This document shows, piece by piece, positions 1 through 9,571 of a stretch of DNA of 64,000 bases. The DNA comes from Candidatus Bathyarchaeota archaeon (GTDB lineage Archaea > Thermoproteota > Bathyarchaeia > Bathyarchaeales > Bathycorpusculaceae). Under the pieces are notes generated by a model. It was not told the origin of the DNA. It searched no databases and saw only the letters and a list, made by a program, of their open reading frames with translations. Made by a program: the position numbers and the translations under genes. The stretch spans positions 32,001 to 96,000 of the forward strand of contig CAWGZR010000003.1 in the NCBI GenBank assembly GCA_963827165.1, in the 5' to 3' direction. Position 1 is the first letter of the stretch. Every line of letters starts with the position of its first letter.

Positions 1-176
1 TCATGGATAGCATGAAGATGCAGATTAAGAGCGTTGGCATCATTAAAGTCAATGCGGTTTTCTCAGCATCTCCAGGACAAAACAGCATGAAACTAGCTTA
101 GATGGGCATTATTGGAAACGTGCCATCAACCTTTTTCTTTTTTGACATTTTAAATAGAAAAAGATAGAAAAAGTGA

Positions 177-197
177 GTTCAAATCCCCTCAGGCCCG
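177..197 (+). other. tRNA 3'-end fragment (T-loop to discriminator), att-like scar, tRNA-Lys/Arg-like
   Basis: GTTCAAAT-CCCCT-CAGGCCC-G = T-loop, 3' T-stem strand, 3' acceptor strand, discriminator G; the upstream sequence is A-rich and cannot form the rest of a tRNA. Confidence 0.6.
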
Positions 198-425
198 TTA
201 TCGGTTTCCGCCCCTGTTTGGGGTTGGGCTTCGTTCCGCCATCTTTTGGTGTGGAACCCATAGAGACCCAAACTGCTTCAAGCTCGAATCCGATTAATTT
301 CGTTGAGGTCCTTCTTTCTTTTGCAGTCAGTCTTTATGTTTGCCAAGACAGATTGATTAAGGGCTTTGAAGAATTAGAAAAACAAGCTTTAAACAAAAGT
401 TGTACCAAAAGGGTAGGCGAGTGTT

Positions 426-1973
426 TTGGTTCCCAGCATAGAGCTCATTGTGGCAGCGTTCCTGCTTATAGCTTTCTTAGCCGCGGTCCTATCCACAAGG
501 CTCAAGATACCGTACACTCTTGTTTTGGTCTTAACAGGAGTTATAATCACCGTGGTCGCGTCCACGTTTACTATGCAGGGAGGTTCTTTCGAGACCCTGA
601 TTTCTCAATTGAGATCACTCTGCGCTCAACTTCTCCAAGGTGGCGGAGGTGGCCTTTTCGTGGGCGTAGTTGTTCCCCCATTGATATTCGAAGCCATGAT
701 TCACCTTCGCGCCAGTGATCTGCGGGCGGTAATCAAGCCTTCGTTAGCCTTAGCAACCGTTGGGGTCTTGATAGCGACTGGTGTCGGTGGGCTCATCTTG
801 TGGAAGATCGTTGGTCTTTCACCGTATGTTTCTTTTCTTTTCGCCGCGTTGATTGCGCCAACGGATACGGTTACGGTTTTGGAGGTTTTTCGACGGGTCA
901 AGGTTCCTTCCAAACTATCTACGCTGCTTGACACCGAAGCGGCCTTCAACGACGCCACCGGCATTGTTCTTTTCACAATAATCCTTTCAACTGTCGGGCT
1001 TCATGAGATCTCGGTAACGCAAACAGTGCTCAATTTCGGATTTACTCTTGGGGCAGGCGTCTTAATCGGGCTGGTAATCGCGTTTCTAGGCGAAGTACTT
1101 TCAAGCTTGATAGAAGATAGAGTGGCCGAAACCATCTTGGCGGTTGCAGTGGTGTACGGGTCGTACGCTTTGGCAACAGGAATAGGCGCCTCAGGGCTAA
1201 TAGCAGTCGCCGTGGCAGGGTTATACTTTGGCAACTTCACGATGCGATCAGCCATGGAACCAGCGTCAAAAGAAACTGTAACGACATTTTGGCAGATAGC
1301 AGCCTTCCTAGGCAACTCAATAGCGTTTCTAATTATTGGTTTCGAGACAAACATTATCACTCTTTCGCAATCAGTTCTACTTATTGCAGTCGCTTACGCC
1401 GCCGTAACCGTAGCTAGAGCGGCTACAGTGTACCCGATACTCGCCGTGTTCAACAAGTTCGGAGACAAAATATCCGCGGTTTGGCGCAACGTTGCCATGC
1501 TTGGAGGAGTCCGAGGCGCTTTGTCCATAGCGTTAGTAGCTACGATAACAACTTCCGCAGTAATTTCTAAAGGAGATATCAACACAATAGATACAATGGT
1601 GCTGGGAGTAGCCTTCATTTCAATCGTGTTTCAAGTGCCTTTGCTGTTTCGCTATGTAAGGAAAAAAATACCGCAAACCGAAGCCGTGGCAGAAACAGAA
1701 ATTGACGAACAATTCGAGTTAATAGCCTCACACATGGAAGAAGTAAGAAAACTAAAATCAGAAGGCAAAATATCCAATGCAGAATTCACAAAAAGAATTG
1801 AAGAAAACAAAAAGAAACTAGACCAGCTAATCGCAACCTCGCCCGTTACAATTGAAACAAGAAAAATTATACGCGCAAGAGCCTCCGCGTTATACAATTC
1901 TTTTCCAAAAATGCCCAAACACAAAATAAAAGACAAAAACAACGAACCAAAAAACAAAACCGAAAAAGAATAG
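426..1973 (+). CDS. CPA1/NhaP-family Na+(K+)/H+ antiporter
   Basis: About 12 hydrophobic segments; APTD, EAAFND and GVRGALS motifs; charged C-terminal tail. Confidence 0.9.
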   Translation: MVPSIELIVAAFLLIAFLAAVLSTRLKIPYTLVLVLTGVIITVVASTFTMQGGSFETLISQLRSLCAQLLQGGGGGLFVGVVVPPLIFEAMIHLRASDLRAVIKPSLALATVGVLIATGVGGLILWKIVGLSPYVSFLFAALIAPTDTVTVLEVFRRVKVPSKLSTLLDTEAAFNDATGIVLFTIILSTVGLHEISVTQTVLNFGFTLGAGVLIGLVIAFLGEVLSSLIEDRVAETILAVAVVYGSYALATGIGASGLIAVAVAGLYFGNFTMRSAMEPASKETVTTFWQIAAFLGNSIAFLIIGFETNIITLSQSVLLIAVAYAAVTVARAATVYPILAVFNKFGDKISAVWRNVAMLGGVRGALSIALVATITTSAVISKGDINTIDTMVLGVAFISIVFQVPLLFRYVRKKIPQTEAVAETEIDEQFELIASHMEEVRKLKSEGKISNAEFTKRIEENKKKLDQLIATSPVTIETRKIIRARASALYNSFPKMPKHKIKDKNNEPKNKTEKE

Positions 1974-2201
1974 TCGCACTATCCTTTTCAGCACAACAGA
2001 AGGTCTAATCAAAAAATCGAGCGCAATTTCAATACGAAAAAATCAATTATTCTCTTAGCTAATCAATACCTGAAACAATGTCTATAAATTTCTCTTCCCT
2101 CTCAAATAATTCGTTCGCTCTTGTCGACTGAGAACCGAGTCTACGCTCATCAAAGATAACCGATCGCTCCATTTATTATTTTTATTTACATATTTCCGTG
2201 C

Positions 2202-4067
2202 GTGCCGTTTATATCCGACTTCAATGTGCAAGGAATATTCGAGAAGGAAAAAAACGTGAAGTCACCCGGTGCTTCTCGCGAGTTTGGTTATCTTAGGAAA
2301 TGGGTTCCGATCGCTATTTTGATAGGGGTAGTCAGCGGGGTAGGCAGCATTGTTTTCTATGAAGCAATCAGACTTGCAAGCGCGGTCCTACTCGGGGGAG
2401 TAACTGGTTTTTTTGCACCTTCGCCACTCGGAGAAGGCGGAAGCTTAGGAGTAGTCGCTTCTCGTCTTTACTTGATTCCGTTGGTTACTGCTGTTGGAGG
2501 ACTTTGTTGTGGCATACTCGTCTATGGTTTGGCACCGGAAGCCGAGGGTCATGGAACTGACGCGGCAATAGATGCTTTTCACAATAAAAAGGGTGAAATT
2601 CGATCCAGAATACCTCTGGTTAAGGTTGTGGCCTCAGCAATAACGATTGGCTCTGGAGGAAGTGCAGGCAGGGAAGGTCCGACAGCGCAGATGGGGGCAG
2701 GCTTCGGCTCTTTCCTGGGCAGAAGATTTAATTTCAGTTTACATGACAGAAGAATTGCGGTTGCAGTTGGTATAGGTGCAGGAATTGGCTCCATTTTTAA
2801 GGCGCCGTTTGGAGGAGCCATAATGAGCGCTGAGATTCTTTACATGCAAGATTTTGAGGTGGAGACGTTGCTGCCCGCTTTCATAGCTTCGACCGTGGGC
2901 TACAGTATATTCGCGTCATATGCCGGATGGACGCCAATATTTGGCTACTTGAATCTAGGGGCTTTCAACAACCCAGTTGTTCTGCCTTTTTACGCTGTCT
3001 TGGGCATAATCTGCGGGTTAGTCGGCATTGTGTACGTCAAAGGGTTCTACGGCACGCGGGCTCTTTTTCAGCGTCTAAGAATACCGCGTTTCTTGAAGCC
3101 AGCTTTAGGCGGATTACTAGTGGGTATCATCGGAATGTTTCTCCCGCAAGTGCTCGGCATGGGCTATGGTTGGCTTCAGATATTGATGAGCGGCAACTTT
3201 CTCTTACTTCCTATAATTTTGATCCCAATAATCATCGTAGCCAAAATAGTTGCTACATCTCTTACGGTAGGTTCAGGAGGAAGCGGCGGAGTCTTCGCGC
3301 CAGCCTTGGTAATAGGCGGCTTTCTAGGTGCAGCACTCTGGATATTTCTAAACGGGCTTTTCCCGAATTCCGGGCTTGTCATCGCCGCATTTGTTATAGT
3401 GGGGATGATGGCGTTTTTTGGAGGCGTAGGCAAGGTTCCTGTTGCAGTCATAATCATGGTTAGCGAAATGACTGGAGGATTAACTCTGCTGGTTCCCTCA
3501 ATGATAGCAACTGCTATTGCCTATATAATCACCGGAAAGAATACTATCTATAGAAGCCAGGTTGAATCACGATCTGATTCTCCAGCCCACAGAAGTGAAT
3601 ACTCTACTCCTCTGCTGCAAAAGCTCTTTGTCAAAGACGCAATGACCAAAAAGGTCATCACAACTACCCTCAACTCACCGCTCTCAAAGGTCGCAGAGGT
3701 AATGGCAAAGAACACAATAAAAGGTAATCCAGTCTTGGATGATAATGGCAGGCTGGTAGGTATGGTCACACTTACGGATGTTCTAAAGATTAATCCAGAC
3801 CAGAGAGCTACTACAAAGGTAAGCTCCGTAATGACAAAAGAGTTGGTTACAACGATTCCCGATGAGAGTCTTTATGCTGCTTTTGGAAAGATGACAAGTA
3901 ACCAGATTGGACGCCTGCCCGTTGTTGAGCCAGGGGACAGCACAAAGCTGATAGGCATAATAACGCGAGAAGACGTCTGGCGAGTCTACAACATAGAGAT
4001 TATGTCAGAACTGGAAGAGACTAAACTTTCAGGAAGCGTCAAAGAGAATAGCGAAACAAAGTCTTGA
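2202..4067 (+). CDS. ClC-family Cl-/H+ antiporter with C-terminal CBS pair
   Basis: EAEGHGTD, GSAGREGP (gating Glu present), GGSGGVFAP, IYRSQ; two CBS domains; the start may be slightly downstream. Confidence 0.92.
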   Translation: MPFISDFNVQGIFEKEKNVKSPGASREFGYLRKWVPIAILIGVVSGVGSIVFYEAIRLASAVLLGGVTGFFAPSPLGEGGSLGVVASRLYLIPLVTAVGGLCCGILVYGLAPEAEGHGTDAAIDAFHNKKGEIRSRIPLVKVVASAITIGSGGSAGREGPTAQMGAGFGSFLGRRFNFSLHDRRIAVAVGIGAGIGSIFKAPFGGAIMSAEILYMQDFEVETLLPAFIASTVGYSIFASYAGWTPIFGYLNLGAFNNPVVLPFYAVLGIICGLVGIVYVKGFYGTRALFQRLRIPRFLKPALGGLLVGIIGMFLPQVLGMGYGWLQILMSGNFLLLPIILIPIIIVAKIVATSLTVGSGGSGGVFAPALVIGGFLGAALWIFLNGLFPNSGLVIAAFVIVGMMAFFGGVGKVPVAVIIMVSEMTGGLTLLVPSMIATAIAYIITGKNTIYRSQVESRSDSPAHRSEYSTPLLQKLFVKDAMTKKVITTTLNSPLSKVAEVMAKNTIKGNPVLDDNGRLVGMVTLTDVLKINPDQRATTKVSSVMTKELVTTIPDESLYAAFGKMTSNQIGRLPVVEPGDSTKLIGIITREDVWRVYNIEIMSELEETKLSGSVKENSETKS

Positions 4068-4129
4068 ACAGAAAAATGCACGATGTTATTGCCCAAAAAT
4101 TAGCAGCTGCTAGAAATGGTGTTAAACTC

Positions 4130-6694
4130 TTATTTTGCTCTTTCCATAGATGATAGGCGTTTAGCTCTCGTAATTTTTAGAGCTGGAAGATTTTTTGAAT
4201 TTTTGAAAAAGAATTGCTTAATAAGAGAAAATGCAGACGAATCAACATGAGGTTTTTGTCTGTTAGATAAGACTTCTTCGTGCCCCATTAATCTGAAGAA
4301 GTGAATCTTCAACTGATCCGTTATCAGGAAACTAAGCAATGCATAACTCCAGACGAAAGCGGCGAATCCCCACCCAATCGGATTCATAAACACACCGAAG
4401 ACAGCAAACAACGTACCAACAACTTGAGTTCCCTCTGTGGCTACAAAAAGAATACTAGCTGGAAGGGGACGTTTCCAGAAGTGGCGCACTCCAGTTCGCG
4501 CCAAATAAATAGTCAGGTGCCCAGCAACAGCCATTTTAAGAAAAATCAGCGTCTGCAACGTACCAACACTCAAGTGGAATACGTATAAGCCAATTATTAA
4601 GAGCCCAAAGCTTGAAACGACACCTGTTGTGCCAAGCAGAGAAGCAACTATCAGCACGCCACGCATGTTCCAGCGAACAGGTTTCTCTTGCACTCTCACA
4701 TTATCGTATGCAATGGTCATGATAGGTATGTCGTTGAGCAATGCCAAAATGACTATCATAACTGCCGTCACCGGATAGAAGTTAAAGAAAAGAATTGCAA
4801 GACTAATGAAAATCAGTACTCGAGAAGTCTCGGCGATGCGATAGACGGCGTAATTGGTCATGCGTTCAAAAATCTTACGGCTCTCTTTAATCGCGTCAAT
4901 GATAACCGAAAGCCCCGGCTTCGTTAGAACCACATCAGCTGCGGATTTAGCCGCGTCAGTTGCTCCATCAACTGCAACCCCCGCATCCGCTTTCTTTAAT
5001 GCTGGAGCATCGTTAACTCCGTCGCCTGTCATGCCGACAATATGCCCTTTTCCCTGAAGTAACTCAACTATGCGATATTTGTGCTCAGGAAAAACTTGGG
5101 CAAAACCATCCGCATTCTCAATAATGTCTTTTGCTTCGCTGTCTGGTTTGTCTATGAAATCGGAAGCGGGTATTATATTTGTGCCCAGATTAACTTCTTG
5201 AGCAATCTGCTTAGCTATTGCAATGTGGTCGCCAGTGACCATCTTGACGTTTATGCCCATCTGTTGGGCTGTTTTTATTGTCTGAGCAGAGTCTTCGCGG
5301 GGTGGGTCGTAAATTGCAAGCAGACCAACAAATTGCCAATTGCCTTTTTCGTCTCCCTTAATTACGCCTAGCGCTCGATGACCCTTGATTGCGAAAGTGT
5401 TTACAATTTCGTTAACTCTATCTTCGATTTCTGTCTTGTTGGAAACAAGAGACAAAACAATTTGCGGAGCACCCTTGGCCACTTTGAAGTGCCCGCCATC
5501 ACTGCTCTCTACAGTAGCTTCAGTTCTCTTCAAAATAGGGTCAAAGGGCTTAAAATCAACCACGCTGTATCGGCCAAGAACGTCAGCAACCGCTTTTATC
5601 GACTTGGCTTTGGTGATGACTGAATCGTCAATGGGATCACGGTTTTCTTCTCTAGAAGCTAAGGTTCCATACAGGAGGGCGTCGTTGATTTCGAATTTGC
5701 CTAAGGGTTGCGTTTCTGCAATGGTAAGTTCATTCTTCGTTATGGTGCCGGTTTTGTCTGAGCATAACACGTCAACTCCAGCCATTTCTTCAATTGAAAC
5801 CAGTTTGCTAACGATGGCTTCTTTTTTGGCGAGGACAATTGCTCCAACTGCCATGGTGACTGTCAAAACGGCAGGCAACGCTACAGGTATTGAAGCTACA
5901 ACCAAAACCAGTGCAAACTGCGTGATAACTAATGGGTTGACATGTCGAAAGAGCGATGCGATGACAACTGCGGAAACCATTATTGCCGCGAGGATGATCA
6001 GGTAGTTTCCTATTTTTATGACTGCTTTTTGGAAGTGGCTTGCGGTTCTGGCTTCTGACACGAGTTTGGCGGTTTTGCCAAAGAAGCTGCTTGTTCCTGT
6101 TGCTACGACGTAAGCGTCCATTTCGCCTTGTCTAATGATGGCTCCTGCGTATGCTACGTCAGATACATGTTTTTCTACCGGCAGGGATTCTCCAGTTAAT
6201 GCGGATTCGTCCGCGAGCAAGTAGTCGCCTTTTATAAGTTTAACGTCGGCAGGGACAATGTCACCTAAGCGGACACGTACGATGTCACCTGGGACAAGTT
6301 CCTTTGAGGGTATTTCATGCCATGTTCCGTCTCTTAGCACTCGGGCTTTTGGGGCAAGTCGCTTTTTCAATAATTCTATGGCGTTGTCGGCTTTCCGTTC
6401 TTGCCAAAATCCCACCACGGCGTTCACGATTAGTAACGTGAAAATTATTGCAAAATCGTCATAGTGCTGAATGATTATAGATAGTACTGAGGCAATTTCT
6501 ATCATCCAAGGAATGGGTCCCCAGAAATAGCCCAAAAACTTGCGAAAAGGATTAACTTTCTTTTCAGAAATTTCGTTAGGACCATTCTGTTGAAGCTTTT
6601 TCGCTGCCTCTTCTGAAGATAGCCCAGTCTTGGCGTATTCTGAAAATGGCTTCTCTACACCAGACTTCGTTGATGGCTGCTCAGATTCCACCAA
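4130..6694 (-). CDS. P-type (P3A) plasma-membrane proton-efflux ATPase
   Basis: LTGES, IPVALP, CSDKTGT, KGAP, MVTGD, VFPEHK, TGDGVNDAPALK, LLND, IAYD. Confidence 0.95.
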   Translation of the reverse strand: MVESEQPSTKSGVEKPFSEYAKTGLSSEEAAKKLQQNGPNEISEKKVNPFRKFLGYFWGPIPWMIEIASVLSIIIQHYDDFAIIFTLLIVNAVVGFWQERKADNAIELLKKRLAPKARVLRDGTWHEIPSKELVPGDIVRVRLGDIVPADVKLIKGDYLLADESALTGESLPVEKHVSDVAYAGAIIRQGEMDAYVVATGTSSFFGKTAKLVSEARTASHFQKAVIKIGNYLIILAAIMVSAVVIASLFRHVNPLVITQFALVLVVASIPVALPAVLTVTMAVGAIVLAKKEAIVSKLVSIEEMAGVDVLCSDKTGTITKNELTIAETQPLGKFEINDALLYGTLASREENRDPIDDSVITKAKSIKAVADVLGRYSVVDFKPFDPILKRTEATVESSDGGHFKVAKGAPQIVLSLVSNKTEIEDRVNEIVNTFAIKGHRALGVIKGDEKGNWQFVGLLAIYDPPREDSAQTIKTAQQMGINVKMVTGDHIAIAKQIAQEVNLGTNIIPASDFIDKPDSEAKDIIENADGFAQVFPEHKYRIVELLQGKGHIVGMTGDGVNDAPALKKADAGVAVDGATDAAKSAADVVLTKPGLSVIIDAIKESRKIFERMTNYAVYRIAETSRVLIFISLAILFFNFYPVTAVMIVILALLNDIPIMTIAYDNVRVQEKPVRWNMRGVLIVASLLGTTGVVSSFGLLIIGLYVFHLSVGTLQTLIFLKMAVAGHLTIYLARTGVRHFWKRPLPASILFVATEGTQVVGTLFAVFGVFMNPIGWGFAAFVWSYALLSFLITDQLKIHFFRLMGHEEVLSNRQKPHVDSSAFSLIKQFFFKNSKNLPALKITRAKRLSSMERAK

Positions 6695-6704
6695 TAAAAA
6701 ACCT

Positions 6705-8000
6705 CTATTTTTTAGACCTGTATCTCAAAAGAGCAGCAAAGCCTCCCAAAGCTACAAGTTTTGCTTTTTCTTCTGACTCTGTAGATATGACTTCAACCCT
6801 TGCGTCTGTCTGTGAAGCCAAATCCTCTAAGACATCAACTATGTCCTTCTCCTCCACCTCGTATTCTGCCGAGTTGCACTTCGCGCATGGGCTCGATATC
6901 ATTTCTTGCAAAGCTTGACTCTTATTGTTCTTATTTACTATGTTCGCTTTTGATAGTTCGCATTTTTTGCACATTACAATAATTTCAATCATATCAGTGC
7001 TATCCGTCACCAATACAACATCAACTTCGCCATTCTTTAGTGCATTCAACACTGGATCTAATCCGTAAATAGCCAAGTCATCTTGTTTGCCAATGGCTGC
7101 TAGAAGACGCTGCACGATCATCTTTTCATCTGGAGCACACATATTCTTCAGTGTCTCAGCTGACTTGTCAAGCACCTCTCTTACCGCTTCTTTGCCGGCG
7201 GATTGAGTATCCACAGTGCCCAGAATCGAATTCTTTAGTTCATAATTGAGGTAATCACCCTTCAAGAAATCCTCTTTAGTTTGTCCTGGACCTCCAACTA
7301 TCAGCGCCGTAACTTTGTGGTTCTCGAGAAATGCCTTTGCTGCATGTTCAGCGATCCTGTGGAAAAAGTAGTTAACATCCATGTCGCGTTCTCTTTCGTA
7401 TCTTCTCTGACTTGATCCACCCTTTCCAGATTTTCCTGGAACCCCAGAAGTGATATTTTCAAGTAATTCAAAACGTTCACCATTTAGTAGCCCAAAACTT
7501 GCCTCCTTAGAATCAACGGCCATTAGCCCAACAACATGTTGGTTTCTCAGCATATCCCTTAGAGGATCTAAATGGAAATGGTTGTCAACCTCGTAGAGAT
7601 AAGCAGTAATCGGCTCTGGTGGAATAATCTCTTCAACGTTCACACCTTCCCTTTCAAGATTGTTCGCAACAAAAGTTCCAGCAAATAATGCAAGCCCATT
7701 CTCGGGAATTTCCTTCTCCAACTTTATTCGCTGGATTACGTTTTTGAGGGCGTCTTGAAGGCGATCCCTGACGTCTCTTCCGCTCTCTGATTTTGTACCT
7801 TCTGAATCAGATTCACACTTGAGGTTTGCGACTATCTCATCTATTGATTTCACCTTCGGTATGTACAGCGAGATGAACTCCCTTCCCTTCCCCTCTTTGT
7901 CTGATAGGTACGCTATGAGTTTCCTTAGTTTGTGCTGTTTCACAGAGTTGGTTGTTGCTATCTGGCATCCATGAAAATGTGTAACTTTTTCAGAAACCAA
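6705..8000 (-). CDS. aRF1/eRF1-family paralog with degenerate catalytic and decoding motifs and a Zn-ribbon
   Basis: ISLYIP, PENGLALFAG, VPGK-x-x-KGG(S)SQRRY, IVGGPG, YG..V..AL..G.V, CxxC..CxxC, LGGFAALLRY; GGQ reads GGS and NIKS reads GTKS. Confidence 0.9.
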   Translation of the reverse strand: MVSEKVTHFHGCQIATTNSVKQHKLRKLIAYLSDKEGKGREFISLYIPKVKSIDEIVANLKCESDSEGTKSESGRDVRDRLQDALKNVIQRIKLEKEIPENGLALFAGTFVANNLEREGVNVEEIIPPEPITAYLYEVDNHFHLDPLRDMLRNQHVVGLMAVDSKEASFGLLNGERFELLENITSGVPGKSGKGGSSQRRYERERDMDVNYFFHRIAEHAAKAFLENHKVTALIVGGPGQTKEDFLKGDYLNYELKNSILGTVDTQSAGKEAVREVLDKSAETLKNMCAPDEKMIVQRLLAAIGKQDDLAIYGLDPVLNALKNGEVDVVLVTDSTDMIEIIVMCKKCELSKANIVNKNNKSQALQEMISSPCAKCNSAEYEVEEKDIVDVLEDLASQTDARVEVISTESEEKAKLVALGGFAALLRYRSKK

Positions 8001-8190
8001 ATTTGAGACACCTTAAACATTCAGTTACAGTTGAGCCTAATTTATCAGTTTTCCAAAATTACAGCAAATCGACTCCTTTCTCAAAGTTATTTTTGCATTA
8101 CCTTATTTCAAAACGCAAGAGTGCGGACGCAAACGAAGAGTCTAAACCCTTACTTTTTGTGGGAATGACTATTTTCTTCGATAGTTGGTG

Positions 8191-8363
8191 TGCTCTTGAT
8201 TTTTGAAGATTGCTTTCAATAGCGAATAACTCAAACTTTTTTAATATCAGAATGACTTTCCCTTACAGAGGGAGCGCTTTTGCTTTTTGGACACAAGAAT
8301 AAACCCAAAATGGAACTCAAAGTAGATTTAAACGATTTGCAAAGCGAAAAAGGTCTTGGTTAA
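8191..8363. pseudogene. Diverged copy of the 41410-41573 divergent promoter with 5' stubs of both flanking genes
   Basis: Plus-strand stub LLFGHKNKPKMELKVDLNDLQSEKGLG* (8280-8363) matches the N-terminus of 41502..41846; minus-strand stub has AIFKNQE like 41157..41456. Confidence 0.85.
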
Positions 8364-8395
8364 GTCCACTGCATTTTTAAGAGAAAAAAACGGTA

Positions 8396-8800
8396 TTGTT
8401 ATGCATGCAGACAGGCTATATTTTTCTTTGTGATAATGCTTCGATTACCAAGTGTATTAGCAACAAAAGTTTTAGTTGCGCAGGTAAACCAGTTAAAGTG
8501 CCCCAAGAATTAGAATTAAACACAGTTATTTTCTTGCTCAATCATGAAACAAAAACTCTTCTAGGTCCATTCACCGATGTTCAAGGCCCTGAAGATTTGG
8601 AGAAGGGAACCTGGTATAGTAGCGTGGATGAGCATAGTTTTTCCGAAAACATTAATGTCGAGTGGGAAAGACTACATGAACTTAAAAACGCAACCGACAA
8701 AGTACCATTCTTGAAAGAGATAAAAGAATGTGCCCTATCCGATCTACAAACTCAGGAGCTACTCTCAACATTGAAGAACGCTCCTTTATACGTTGAATAG
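8396..8800 (+). CDS. DCD (development and cell death)-like / PUA-EVE-fold domain protein
   Basis: GYIFLCDN..I..C, IFLLNHETKTLLGPF and LSDLQTQELL resemble the DCD pattern G.IF.CN..T..EC / LFLF.Y....L.G.F / LS..Q...L; likely ATG start at 8405. Confidence 0.55.
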   Translation: MLCMQTGYIFLCDNASITKCISNKSFSCAGKPVKVPQELELNTVIFLLNHETKTLLGPFTDVQGPEDLEKGTWYSSVDEHSFSENINVEWERLHELKNATDKVPFLKEIKECALSDLQTQELLSTLKNAPLYVE

Positions 8801-9067
8801 ACATTCGAGTAAGAAAAAACAATCTCAACAATCACAAAAAGTATACTTCACTCTGTGAAAGACGAATACCAAGAGCACTAGTTTGAAACGAAAATCTTCT
8901 GCTGAAGCTAACAGTTTTTGAAGATACGAATTTGGAGAACTAAGCCAAGCAGCAACACTTTCGAGTAATTGAAAACTTTTTCAAGATTGAGCAGTAAGTT
9001 AAAATCAGCGATTGATTCATAATACTTGTTAGTGTGTTTTGATTAATGTTTTTGGGTTGGTGTTTGT

Positions 9068-9568
9068 ATGTCGTCAGAATTGAAGGTTATGTTGAGTAAG
9101 GTAGCTGTAGAAGATAACGTGCGCAAAGAATTAGAGTTTGAGGAAGGGATAAATCGTTACAAATCTCTTCTGCTCAGGGTAGCAAAAGTTCAGCCATTTG
9201 ACGTACTGGTTTCGTCTGAAGGAACTGAACAGGGCAAGTTACACCAAAATGTGGTAGATTTGAACGTGCTTGAAAGAGCCCACTTAGTGAAAGGACATAC
9301 AAAAGAGACGGATCATAACGTGTACCGTGAATACGAGCTTACTACGGAAGGAGCTGAATTAGTGGAAAAGCTCTCAAAAGAAGCCATGAGCGGCAAAGAT
9401 CTTCATCAGCCCCACACGTTGGGCGCGCCGTCATCTCAAGAGATACCAGCAGGAGGGGTAGAACCAAACCAGATTCCTTGTCCAGAATGCGGAAAAACCT
9501 TCAAGACCAACTCAGAGATGGAGAGACACAGAGATACAACACATCACGAAACAAAAGGGCACGAGTAA
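9068..9568 (+). CDS. Winged-helix-like protein with C-terminal C2H2 zinc finger
   Basis: LERAHLV...YELTTEG wing motif; CPECGKTFKTNSEMERHRDTTH. Confidence 0.65.
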   Translation: MSSELKVMLSKVAVEDNVRKELEFEEGINRYKSLLLRVAKVQPFDVLVSSEGTEQGKLHQNVVDLNVLERAHLVKGHTKETDHNVYREYELTTEGAELVEKLSKEAMSGKDLHQPHTLGAPSSQEIPAGGVEPNQIPCPECGKTFKTNSEMERHRDTTHHETKGHE

Positions 9569-9571
9569 GAA

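Noticed and set aside
1-90. Signal-peptide-like minus-strand frame (KTALTLMMPTLLICIFMLSM) running off the window
   Set aside because: Start unclear and too short to call.
173-718. 181-aa ORF overlapping nhaP, and the many antisense ORFs in the track
   Set aside because: Shadow frames of well-supported genes with no motifs.
6705-6707. TAG recoding (pyrrolysine) as the explanation for the odd aRF1
   Set aside because: Several full-length genes here (nhaP, ferredoxin, glgP, pgk, the aRF1 itself) end at TAG at their expected termini; no pyl genes in the window.
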